Below are positions 8,133 through 16,926 of a DNA stretch of 64,000 nt, one piece after another (the stretch's first letter is position 1; every line of letters begins with the position of its first letter). Location: positions 4,432 to 68,431 of the forward strand of contig DURE01000045.1 of NCBI GenBank assembly GCA_012837425.1, given 5' to 3'. The stretch is from Clostridiales bacterium. Its GTDB lineage: Bacteria; Bacillota; Clostridia; Oscillospirales; CAG-272. A program made the translations under genes and the position numbers. The notes below the pieces were generated by a model, which had not been told where the DNA came from, ran no database searches, and saw only the letters and a list, made by a program, of their open reading frames with translations.

Positions 8133-8768
8133 ATGAGCATTTTAAATGAAATTTCCGAAAAACTTCAGCGCGGCAGGGCAAAAGAGGTCTCGGCATTGGT
8201 TGAGCAGGCCCTGGCCGAAAACTATTCTCCGGCCGATATTTTAAATCAGGGGCTGATTGCCGGCATGAACGAGGTCGGCGAAAAGTTCCGCAGAAACGAG
8301 GTTTTTGTGCCCGAGGTGTTGGTTGCGGCCCGCGCGATGAACGCCGGGCTGAAAATCCTGCGCCCGGCGCTTATCTCAAGCGGGGTAAAGCCGCTCGGAA
8401 AAGCAATTATCTGCACGGTTAAGGGAGACATGCACGATATAGGCAAAAACCTTGTAAAAATGATGATTGAGGGGCAGGGGATAGAGTGCGTTGACCTCGG
8501 CGTTGACGTCGGACCCGAGCAGGTGGTGAGTGCCGTGCGCGAGACCGGCGCGAAGCTGGGCTGCCTCTCGGCGCTACTTACAACGACAATGATGGGACAG
8601 AAGGAGATTATTGACGCGCTAATCGAAGCGGGACTGCGCGACCAGGTCAAGTTGATGGTGGGAGGCGCGCCGATAACCCAGCAGTTTGCCGACGAAATAG
8701 GCGCCGACTGCTATGCGCTCGACGCCGCATCTGCCGCTATGGCGGCCCGCGCTTTCTTTGAGGAATGA
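8133..8768 (+). CDS. Corrinoid (cobalamin-binding) protein of a methyltransferase system
   Basis: B12-binding DxHDxG motif (GDMHDIGKNLV) plus an N-terminal helical cap. Size is typical of MtaC/MtbC-like proteins. Confidence 0.85.
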   Translation: MSILNEISEKLQRGRAKEVSALVEQALAENYSPADILNQGLIAGMNEVGEKFRRNEVFVPEVLVAARAMNAGLKILRPALISSGVKPLGKAIICTVKGDMHDIGKNLVKMMIEGQGIECVDLGVDVGPEQVVSAVRETGAKLGCLSALLTTTMMGQKEIIDALIEAGLRDQVKLMVGGAPITQQFADEIGADCYALDAASAAMAARAFFEE

Positions 8769-10054
8769 AGGATTTTGCCGGCCTGCTCGACCGCGATGAG
8801 CTCTCGGATATCTGCCGCAATTTTTCCAGCCTGACCGGACTTGGGGTGTCGCTGCACAACCCCGACGGCTCGGGCGTGCTTTCCTACCGAAAGGACGGCA
8901 TCTGCATATGCACAATACTGGGCGGCGACGCAAAATGCGTCAGGAACATCAGCTTCAGCGCGAACAAGGCGGCCGAGCTCGGCGAGCCGTATATTTACAT
9001 CTGCGGCTGCGGGCTGGTTATGAGCGCGTCGGCAATTATCGTGGGCGACAGGTTAATCGGCGCGGTGCTCTGCGGCCCGGCAATGCTCTGGGATGCAGAC
9101 GACTTTGCCGCCGAGGAGCTCGGGCGCAACATCGCAGACAGCGGGCTGTCTGAAGAGGATTGCCGCAGGATTGTTGCCGGCACGCCGCGCCTGACCTGTG
9201 AGCAGATGACCAGTGCCGCGAGGATTCTGTTCCGCCTGGTAAACTACATGTGCCGCAGCCGCTGCGAGACAATCTCGCAGCGGCAGGAGATAACCAAGCA
9301 GCAGGCTACAATCTCAACCCTGCTCGCCGACCGGAAGCGGGATATAGTCGAGCGGCGACCGGGCTTCTATTCTCCCGAGACCGAAAAAGAGCTGCTCACC
9401 TCGGTGCGGCTGGGAAACCGACAGAAGGCGCGCAGGCTGCTCAACGACATTCTGACCGACATATTTCTTTTTTCGGGCGGGAACACCCCGGTTATTTGCG
9501 CCCGGGTATATGAGCTTACCGGCTTTCTTTTCCGTGCCGCCTCGGAGGCCGGCGCCGCGGGCGAAAAGCTGCTTGTCACTGCCCGGGAATCTCAGCGGAT
9601 TCTAGACCCCGACATCGGTTTTGAGGAGCTTTGCTACGCCACGACGCGGGCGATGGAGGGGTTTATCGACGCGATATACGAAAACCGCCCGGACATTCCC
9701 GGGAGCCGCTATCTTGCCGAGGCAACCGCTTATCTTACCGAGAATTATACCAGAAGCGAGAGTATGTCGCTCTCCGCAGTCTGCGAGGTGCTGAGCATCA
9801 GTCCGTCCTACCTGTCGCACCTGTTTACCAAAGGACTCGGCGTGACCTTTACCGAGTATTTGGCCTGGCTACGTATCGACGCCGCAAAAAAGCTGCTCAG
9901 AAGCACAGACCTGCCGGTGTCTGAGGTTGCCGAGAGAGTCGGCTATCGTGACCCGAATTATTTTATCAGGTCTTTCCGAAAAATCGTAGGCATGACCCCC
10001 AGGAGCTTTCGTCGCGCAAGCGAGGGCGGGGTAGAGCTGTCGAAAAAAATCTAA
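8765..10054 (+). CDS. PocR-sensor / AraC-family transcriptional regulator
   Basis: N-terminal Cys-containing PocR-like domain and a C-terminal AraC HTH (GYRDPNYFIRSFRKIVGMTP). ATGA overlap with the upstream gene. Confidence 0.8.
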   Translation: MKDFAGLLDRDELSDICRNFSSLTGLGVSLHNPDGSGVLSYRKDGICICTILGGDAKCVRNISFSANKAAELGEPYIYICGCGLVMSASAIIVGDRLIGAVLCGPAMLWDADDFAAEELGRNIADSGLSEEDCRRIVAGTPRLTCEQMTSAARILFRLVNYMCRSRCETISQRQEITKQQATISTLLADRKRDIVERRPGFYSPETEKELLTSVRLGNRQKARRLLNDILTDIFLFSGGNTPVICARVYELTGFLFRAASEAGAAGEKLLVTARESQRILDPDIGFEELCYATTRAMEGFIDAIYENRPDIPGSRYLAEATAYLTENYTRSESMSLSAVCEVLSISPSYLSHLFTKGLGVTFTEYLAWLRIDAAKKLLRSTDLPVSEVAERVGYRDPNYFIRSFRKIVGMTPRSFRRASEGGVELSKKI

Positions 10055-10066
10055 AAAAGGATTTGT

Positions 10067-11068
10067 ATGATGGATATTAAAAAATGGATTGCCGGGCTGC
10101 CGAGCAGCGGCAGACCCATGCCGGTTTTGTCCTTCCCCTCGGCTCAGCTTTTGGGAGTCTCGGTTTATGAGCTTACACACAGCGCCGAGCTGCAGGCCAG
10201 AGGAATGAAGGCGGTCGCCGACAGGGTAAACTCGGCCGCGTCTCTCTGCATGATGGACCTGTCGGTTGAGGCCGAGGCCTTCGGCTGCCGGATAAAGGAC
10301 TCTCTGAATGAGATACCGACGGTTGTCGGCACGCTTATTACAGATGAGGAGGAGGCAAGGGCACTCAGGGTGCCCGAGGTGGGCGGGGCGAGAACCGGAC
10401 TCTACCTCAAGGCGGCAAGGCTGGCCTGCCGGCTTGTTGACGACCGGCCGGTGCTCGCAGGGATGATAGGCCCCTTCTCGCTTGCCGGGCGCCTCATGGA
10501 GGTCTCCGAAGCGCTGGCAAACTGCCTTGCAGACCCCGACTTTATAATTGCCGCACTTGAGAAGACCACCGAATTTCTGATTAAGTACGCCACGGCCTAC
10601 AAATCCACCGGAGTTGTCGGAATCCTTATGGCCGAGCCGCTGGCCGGGCTGCTTTCCCCCGAGCTTGAGCGCGAATTTTCGGCGCCCTACGTGAAAAGAA
10701 TAACCGACGCAGTGTCGGATGACAACTTCTGCATATTCTATCACAACTGCGGGGCGAACACCCCCGGTATGACAGAATCCTTAAGCGCCAACGGCGCTGT
10801 GGCCTACCACTTCGGAGATGCTATTAATCTTGAGGATGTCCTCATAAAAATGCCGTCCGACAAACCGGTGCTCGGAAACATATCCCCGACAAAGCAGTTT
10901 TTAAACGGCACGCCCGAGAGCATATACAGGGCGACCACCGAGCTGCTCGAGCGCTGCGCGAAGTACCCGAATTTTGTGCTCTCGTCGGGCTGCGACATAC
11001 CTCCGAGAGCCCCGTGGGAGAATATCGACGCGTTTTTTTGCGCCGCGAGCGACTTTTACAACAAATAA
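10067..11068 (+). CDS. URO-D-family corrinoid methyltransferase, MtaA/CmuA-like (MT2-type)
   Basis: Uroporphyrinogen-decarboxylase-like fold. It retains the Zn-ligand pattern H-x-C (YHNCG) plus a distal Cys (SSGCD). Confidence 0.75.
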   Translation: MMDIKKWIAGLPSSGRPMPVLSFPSAQLLGVSVYELTHSAELQARGMKAVADRVNSAASLCMMDLSVEAEAFGCRIKDSLNEIPTVVGTLITDEEEARALRVPEVGGARTGLYLKAARLACRLVDDRPVLAGMIGPFSLAGRLMEVSEALANCLADPDFIIAALEKTTEFLIKYATAYKSTGVVGILMAEPLAGLLSPELEREFSAPYVKRITDAVSDDNFCIFYHNCGANTPGMTESLSANGAVAYHFGDAINLEDVLIKMPSDKPVLGNISPTKQFLNGTPESIYRATTELLERCAKYPNFVLSSGCDIPPRAPWENIDAFFCAASDFYNK

Positions 11069-11085
11069 ACTGACAAGAGGACAAA

Positions 11086-12144
11086 ATGGAAGCGTCAGAA
11101 AGACTTAGAAATCTGCTCTCCGGTCGGCCGGTCGACCGGCTGCCGGTTATTGAATGGGCGCCGTGGTGGAAACTGACGGTCGAGCGCTGGCTGGGCGAAG
11201 GCCTGCCGAAGGAGGCCGCCGCCACGACAGGTTCTCTGCAGGAATATTTCGGGCTTGACAGGTGCCTGCAACTCTCGGTAAAAAACCGGACAAAAACCAC
11301 GCCGAAGGAGCGAGCACGCGGGGCCGGCATTATGGCCGACGAGCGGGATTATAAAAAAATCCGCCCGACGCTTTTTCCAGATGTCAGGACGGTTGTCACC
11401 GATGAGCGGATTGAGCTGCTGCACCGGCAGCATGAGGATGGGAACACCCTGCATTTTTTGACGGTGGAGGGTGCCTTCTGGTATCCAAGGGTGCTTTTCG
11501 GGATCGAGAACCACCTGTACAGCTTTTACGATTATCCGGAGTTGCATCTGCGCATCTGTGACGAGCTGGCCGACTGGCTTGTCGAGCTTTTCAGGTATCT
11601 CCTCCCTAAATTTCGTTTTGACTTTATGAGCTTTGCCGAGGACATGAGCTACAACAACGGCCCCATGCTCTCAAAGGAGCTTTTTGACGGGTTTTTGGCG
11701 CCCTTTTACAAAAAGGTGATACCGGTAATTCACGAATATGGCGTTCCTGTGTTTATTGACTCGGACGGGGATATAACATTGGCGCTTGACTGGTATGCCT
11801 CGGTAGGGGCCGACGGGATGTTCCCGCTTGAGCGGCAGGCCGGCGTCGATGTCTCGGTTTACCTTGACAAGCAGCCGGCCATGGCCTTTCTCGGCCACTT
11901 TGACAAAATGTGCATGAAGCACGGCGAGGCTGCCATGCGGGCCGAATTTGAGCGGCTGCTGCCCAGCATGCATCGGGGGAAGTTTATCCCCTCCTGCGAC
12001 CACCAGACGCCGCCCGATGTTTCTGTCGAGAACTACCGCACATATGTAAAACTGCTAAGAGAATATGCGGAGCAGGTAACCCACAGGGGCGCCCAAATCG
12101 CCCCTTGCCCCGTGTTTTCGGAAAACCGGAGGGAAAATTTATGA
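11086..12144 (+). CDS. URO-D-family methyltransferase paralogue (MT1-like, lacks the HxC motif)
   Basis: URO-D-like sequence. The equivalent positions read DSDGD and SCDHQ. Confidence 0.65.
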   Translation: MEASERLRNLLSGRPVDRLPVIEWAPWWKLTVERWLGEGLPKEAAATTGSLQEYFGLDRCLQLSVKNRTKTTPKERARGAGIMADERDYKKIRPTLFPDVRTVVTDERIELLHRQHEDGNTLHFLTVEGAFWYPRVLFGIENHLYSFYDYPELHLRICDELADWLVELFRYLLPKFRFDFMSFAEDMSYNNGPMLSKELFDGFLAPFYKKVIPVIHEYGVPVFIDSDGDITLALDWYASVGADGMFPLERQAGVDVSVYLDKQPAMAFLGHFDKMCMKHGEAAMRAEFERLLPSMHRGKFIPSCDHQTPPDVSVENYRTYVKLLREYAEQVTHRGAQIAPCPVFSENRRENL

Positions 12145-13265
12145 CAAACAGAGAAAGAGCCCTGAACATTCTGCGCTACAGGCCGATTGACCGCCTGCCC
12201 GCCGTCCATTTCGGCTACTGGCGCGAGCTGCTCTACGAATGGGCGGCACAAGGGAAAATAACTCAGGAGATGGCCGCCAAATGTCGTGACAGCAACGCAT
12301 ATGACAGGGAGCTTGACAGGATTATCGGCTGGGACTTCAACTGGTCGCATACCTACGGCCCGTCAAGGAGGCTGCTTCCCGAGTTTGAGCACAAGGTACT
12401 CGAGGTTCTGCCCGACGGAACCAAGCGCGTGCAGAATGGCTACGGCGTCATCGAGAAGGTGCGTCCCGGGGTGGTTTCGATTCCGGCCGAGGACGACTAC
12501 CAACTCAGGGACCGGGAGGCCTTTGAAAGGCTCTACAAGCCTAAAATGCGGTTCACTCCCGAGCGAGTAAGATATGATTTCTTCCGCTCATTCAACGAGA
12601 ATGTATACGAAAAGCTTGACGTGCCGGTCGGCATTTCGGTGGGCAGCGTCCTGGGCGACATCCGCAATATGACCTCTGTCATAGGGCTGAGCTACCTGAT
12701 GTACGATGAGGACGAGGACCTTCTGGCCGACATTATAGATACCTACGCCGAGATGCAGTATAAGTGCGTCGAGGAGGTGCTGAAAACCGGCGCGAAATTC
12801 GACTTTGCGCATTATTGGGAGGACATCTGCTACAACGGCGGGCCGCTTATCTCACCTGTGGTTTTCGACAGGCTCTGCAGGAAGCACTACGAGCGCCGCT
12901 GCGCCCTGCTCAGGCAATACGGCATAGACCTCGTGTCGCTTGACTGTGACGGAGTTGTGGATAAGCTGCTTCCCACCTGGTTTGAGAGCGGGGTAAATAT
13001 CATGTTCCCGATAGAGGTCGGAACCTGGGGCGACCAGTTTGAGGCGGCGCGCAAAAAATACGGTCCGGGTATGCTCGGGGTCGGCGGGATGAACAAGGTA
13101 GCGCTCTGCGCTGACAAGGCGGCGGTTGACGCCGAGATTGAGCGCATGAGACGGCTTGCAGCCCTCGGCGGCTTTATCCCCTGTCCCGACCACAGGCTCA
13201 TGCCGGGCACCAAGTTTGAGCTGGTGCAGTACTACGCCGAAGAAATCAAAAAAATACGAATATAA
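12141..13265 (+). CDS. URO-D-family methyltransferase paralogue (MT1-like, lacks the HxC motif)
   Basis: N-terminus similar to the previous gene (ALNILRYRPIDRLP versus LRNLLSGRPVDRLP). The equivalent positions read DCDG and PCPDH. ATGA overlap and GGAGGG RBS. Confidence 0.65.
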   Translation: MTNRERALNILRYRPIDRLPAVHFGYWRELLYEWAAQGKITQEMAAKCRDSNAYDRELDRIIGWDFNWSHTYGPSRRLLPEFEHKVLEVLPDGTKRVQNGYGVIEKVRPGVVSIPAEDDYQLRDREAFERLYKPKMRFTPERVRYDFFRSFNENVYEKLDVPVGISVGSVLGDIRNMTSVIGLSYLMYDEDEDLLADIIDTYAEMQYKCVEEVLKTGAKFDFAHYWEDICYNGGPLISPVVFDRLCRKHYERRCALLRQYGIDLVSLDCDGVVDKLLPTWFESGVNIMFPIEVGTWGDQFEAARKKYGPGMLGVGGMNKVALCADKAAVDAEIERMRRLAALGGFIPCPDHRLMPGTKFELVQYYAEEIKKIRI

Positions 13266-13308
13266 GCGCGCCGCGTACCGACTCAGCGGGCGCTTTGGGA
13301 AAGGCAAA

Positions 13309-14859
13309 ATGGCAAACATACATATTCCGCCCGGTGCCGCGGGGGTAAGGCTTGTCGAATGGCTGGCCTCGCAGGACTATGAGGTACCCGCCGATTGCGG
13401 CGGGCGGGGGACCTGCGGCAAGTGCCGGGTAAATGTTATCAGCGGGAGGTTCCTGCGGTATGGCGGAGGCGAATACCCGCCCGACGAGCGGGGTCAGATT
13501 CTCGCCTGCCGGGCGGTGTGCAGCCCTGAAGGCGCCGAAATCTCACTACCCGGCAGCGGCGGCAGCGGACTTACCTCCCACACCGTGCGGCAGGCGGCAA
13601 AGGCCGGCGGCGAAGCAGGCTATGGCGTCGCGCTTGACATCGGCACCACCACGCTGGCCGCCTCGCTGCTCAACCGTGCAACGGGGGAGGTTCTCGCAAC
13701 CCGGTCCTGCCTCAATCCCCAACGCAGCTATGGCGCCGATGTTATCAGCCGGATTGTTGCCTGCAAAGAGGGAAGGCTCGGCGAGCTCTGCCGACTTGTC
13801 CGCGAGAGGGTCGCCGAAATAATACATGCTTTCAGTTCCGAATATCCCGACAAGCCCGAATATCTCAGTGTCGCCGGCAATACCACCATGCTCCATATTT
13901 TCTGCGGCATCTCGCCCGAGGGCATCGGGACCTATCCCTTCACTCCGGCCTTTACCGAGCGGCGCGACTTTGACGGAGCCTCTTTTGGGTTGCCGGTGTC
14001 GCAGGTGACGGTTCTCCCGTCGGCCGCGGCCTACATCGGAAGCGATATTACCGGCGGGGTGTATGTCTCGCATATGACCCGGCAGAGCCGCCCTTCGGTG
14101 CTTATGGACATAGGCACGAACGGTGAAATAGTGCTATATACCGGAAGCGCCGGGGGCATGAGGCTTATTGCGGCCTCTGCCGCGGCCGGGCCGGCGCTTG
14201 AGGGCGCGAATATTTCCTGCGGCACCGGTGGGATACCCGGCGCCATATGCCGTGTGGGAAGCTCAAAAGACACCCCTCAGATTCTCACCTACAGCACTAT
14301 AGGCGACCTGCCCCCGGTGGGCATCAGCGGCAGCGGGCTGGTTGACCTTGTGGCGGCGCTGCTTGACATGGGTGTGATTGACGAAACCGGGTATATGGAG
14401 GACGGGTCGTTTTCACTCTGCGGTGCTCCGCAGGCGCGGGGACGGCAGGTGAGCGGGGCCGGCGGCCGGCTGCCCCGATTTGAAAAAATTCCGCACATAG
14501 AGCTTGCTCAGCGGGATGTGCGCGAGTTTCAGCTTGCAAAGAGCGCAATTTTCTCCGGCCTTACATCCCTTCTTGAGCAGGCAGGCATCAGCATTGAGGA
14601 TATTGAGAAAATCTACATTGCCGGCGGGCTGGGTTATTATCTGGATACCCGAAATGCCGTGCGTACCCGGCTTTTGCCGGGTGTTGATTCGGAGAAGTTC
14701 TGCGTTCTCGGCAATACCTCGCTGGCCGGGGCCGAGGCCTGCCTTAGCGACAGTGCGGCGTTAGAGCAAATCGCCGATATAGCCCGGCGCTGCGAAGTGC
14801 TTGACCTGAACACCCTGCCGCATTTCTCCGAGCTCTTCATGGAAAACATGAGTTTTTAG
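13309..14859 (+). CDS. Corrinoid activation/regeneration protein (RACE/RamA-like; 2Fe-2S ferredoxin plus ASKHA ATPase, DUF4445-type)
   Basis: N-terminal CGGRGTCGKCRV plant-type ferredoxin motif. DIGTTT and DIGTNGE ASKHA phosphate motifs. Confidence 0.8.
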   Translation: MANIHIPPGAAGVRLVEWLASQDYEVPADCGGRGTCGKCRVNVISGRFLRYGGGEYPPDERGQILACRAVCSPEGAEISLPGSGGSGLTSHTVRQAAKAGGEAGYGVALDIGTTTLAASLLNRATGEVLATRSCLNPQRSYGADVISRIVACKEGRLGELCRLVRERVAEIIHAFSSEYPDKPEYLSVAGNTTMLHIFCGISPEGIGTYPFTPAFTERRDFDGASFGLPVSQVTVLPSAAAYIGSDITGGVYVSHMTRQSRPSVLMDIGTNGEIVLYTGSAGGMRLIAASAAAGPALEGANISCGTGGIPGAICRVGSSKDTPQILTYSTIGDLPPVGISGSGLVDLVAALLDMGVIDETGYMEDGSFSLCGAPQARGRQVSGAGGRLPRFEKIPHIELAQRDVREFQLAKSAIFSGLTSLLEQAGISIEDIEKIYIAGGLGYYLDTRNAVRTRLLPGVDSEKFCVLGNTSLAGAEACLSDSAALEQIADIARRCEVLDLNTLPHFSELFMENMSF

Positions 14860-14934
14860 CCGGGCCCTGCTTTATTGCGGGGACTCTGCCCCCGTGCCCC
14901 GCTCAAGGAACTTTTTTGAAAAAAGTTCCTTGAG
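14860..14934. repeat. Dispersed palindromic intergenic repeat, copy C (most complete)
   Basis: GCGGGGACTCTGCCCCCGTGCCCCG followed by the perfect 33-bp palindrome CTCAAGGAACTTTTTT-G-AAAAAAGTTCCTTGAG (14902-14934). Confidence 0.6.
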
Positions 14935-15297
14935 AATGTTCAGTTGTCAAGTCAAGTGCAACACTTTATCAAAAAAACTTCAACAATCAAATCGATAATA
15001 CTGCAGCGCGGGAGTCTATTATCCCGCGCTATGCTTCCTTTAGTTTTCCGGCTGACCATAGGACGCGCTGGCGACCGCAGGCCGGCCGCCCCTACGGTAT
15101 GATAATGAGGTGCCGGCAGCCATAAGATTCACCATGAAGACGGCGTGTACGTGGCGTGGCCGGCAGACCTACAATCAAATCAAGCAAAAACACCAATAAT
15201 TACTTTGTTTTATTGTCACTAAAACATAATAAACTATTATTGAAAACAATCTTATAAAAACAAAGCCGCCACCATGCGGCATGGGGAATAAAATAAA

Positions 15298-16086
15298 ATG
15301 AACAACAAACTTTTACACGCTCTCGTTCTTGCCTGCTGCCTTATGATGATTCTCACCATCTGCACCGACGCGGCGGGCGGGACATTTAGCTGGTACTGCA
15401 AAAGGAATGAATACCACCTGCAGCCCCGCTGCGACCCCGACATGCAGTTTATTGAAAAATACGACGGCTACTATGTCGACAAAAATCATGGCGACATGTC
15501 TTCTTCCCGCGTGGTTTATCTCACCTTCGACGCGGGATATGACAACGGAAATGTCGGCCGGGTGCTTGACATTTTGAAAGAAAAAAAGGTCCGGGCGGCT
15601 TTTTTTATACTCGCTCACCTGATAAAAAAGAATACCGACCTTGTCCTGAGGATGGCCGACGAGGGGCATTTGGTCTGCAATCACACGGTCAGCCACAAGG
15701 ACATGACAAGGTACCAAAGCATCGAAGAATTCGGCGCGGAGCTCAAGGAGCTTGAGAAAATTTACAGCGAATATACCGGGCGCAAAATAGCAGCTTATTA
15801 TCGGCCGCCCGAAGGGAAGTTCAGCGAGGAAAACCTGAAATTTGCCCAGCAACTCGGTTACAAAACTATATTCTGGAGCCTGGCCTACGCCGACTGGGAC
15901 AACTCAAACCAGCCCGACCCTGAGTATGCATATAACTTGATAATAGACAGCATTCACAACGGTGCGATTATCCTGCTACACCCCACCTCACGGACCAACG
16001 CCGAGATTTTAGGGCGGGTAATTGATAAGCTCAGGGAGGAGGGTTACAGTTTCGGCACCCTTGACCAGCTTTGTATCGAAAAATGA
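15298..16086 (+). CDS. Polysaccharide deacetylase, PdaA-like (delta-lactam-biosynthetic type)
   Basis: NodB-domain motifs YLTFDAGYDNG and HTVSH. N-terminal signal/anchor. Confidence 0.7.
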   Translation: MNNKLLHALVLACCLMMILTICTDAAGGTFSWYCKRNEYHLQPRCDPDMQFIEKYDGYYVDKNHGDMSSSRVVYLTFDAGYDNGNVGRVLDILKEKKVRAAFFILAHLIKKNTDLVLRMADEGHLVCNHTVSHKDMTRYQSIEEFGAELKELEKIYSEYTGRKIAAYYRPPEGKFSEENLKFAQQLGYKTIFWSLAYADWDNSNQPDPEYAYNLIIDSIHNGAIILLHPTSRTNAEILGRVIDKLREEGYSFGTLDQLCIEK

Positions 16087-16769
16087 AGCGGCCTGTCTGT
16101 TTTGTCTGTACCGCTCTGCTGATGTTGGCGCTGTTTGTCCAGCCGGCCGCGGCCTGGGACTCTTCTGTTGTAGTTTTTAAGAAAAATACAAATGGCAGAA
16201 AGACAGTCGCGCTGACCTTTGACGACGGGCCGCACCCGCGCCATACCGGGGAGATTCTTGACATTCTGCGCGAATACGACGTTAAGGCGACCTTTTTTGT
16301 TGTCGGCGAAAACGCCGGGTACTATCCCGACCTGCTGCGGCGGATAGTGAACGAAGGGCACGAAATCGGCAACCATACGTTCAGCCACAGATGTTTTCGT
16401 AAACTGACGGTGTCTCAGATGAGTAGGGAAATCAGGCTCTGCGAGAACTCGCTATACAGAATCTGCGGGCAAAAAACCAGGCTTTTCCGCCCGCCTGAGG
16501 GGGTTTTGCCGGGCTCGATAATTGAGTACATCAGAAAAGCAAACTATACCGTGATACTCTGGAGCATCGACACGCGGGACTGGGCCCGTACCTCGGCCGA
16601 GGCGATGTTTGAAAATGTGAAAAAAAATGTCTCGCCGGGCGAAATCATACTTATGCATGATTTTACACGCGGCAGCCATACGGCCGAGGCGCTGAGGATG
16701 ATAATACCTTATCTTATCGATGAGGGGTACAGGTTTGTGACGGTTACTGAACTTATCGGGAGTGAATAG
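16083..16769 (+). CDS. Polysaccharide/peptidoglycan deacetylase (NodB family)
   Basis: ALTFDDGP, GNHTFSH and LMHD motifs with a signal peptide. ATGA overlap with the upstream gene. Confidence 0.8.
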   Translation: MKRPVCFVCTALLMLALFVQPAAAWDSSVVVFKKNTNGRKTVALTFDDGPHPRHTGEILDILREYDVKATFFVVGENAGYYPDLLRRIVNEGHEIGNHTFSHRCFRKLTVSQMSREIRLCENSLYRICGQKTRLFRPPEGVLPGSIIEYIRKANYTVILWSIDTRDWARTSAEAMFENVKKNVSPGEIILMHDFTRGSHTAEALRMIIPYLIDEGYRFVTVTELIGSE

Positions 16770-16807
16770 GCGGGGGTTAAGGCGCAACCGCGGTTTGTGC
16801 TTAGAAC

Positions 16808-16846
16808 CGTAGAGAACGATCGTAGAGAACGATCGTAGAGAACGAC
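16808..16846. repeat. 13-bp tandem repeat, about 3 copies
   Basis: CGTAGAGAACGAT CGTAGAGAACGAT CGTAGAGAACGAC, read directly from the sequence. Confidence 0.85.
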
Positions 16847-16926
16847 TGAAGTGTCGGTTTGGATGTCTTATCTAATAAACAGTTTGGGAGAAACTTCCGG
16901 AAAGAAGTTTCTCCCAAGCGTTGTTT

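Noticed and set aside
8133-13265. Pyrrolysine (in-frame TAG) or selenocysteine recoding in the methyltransferase or hydrogenase genes.
   Set aside because: All these genes are continuous ORFs without internal stops, and no MttB/MtbB/MtmB-type gene is present.
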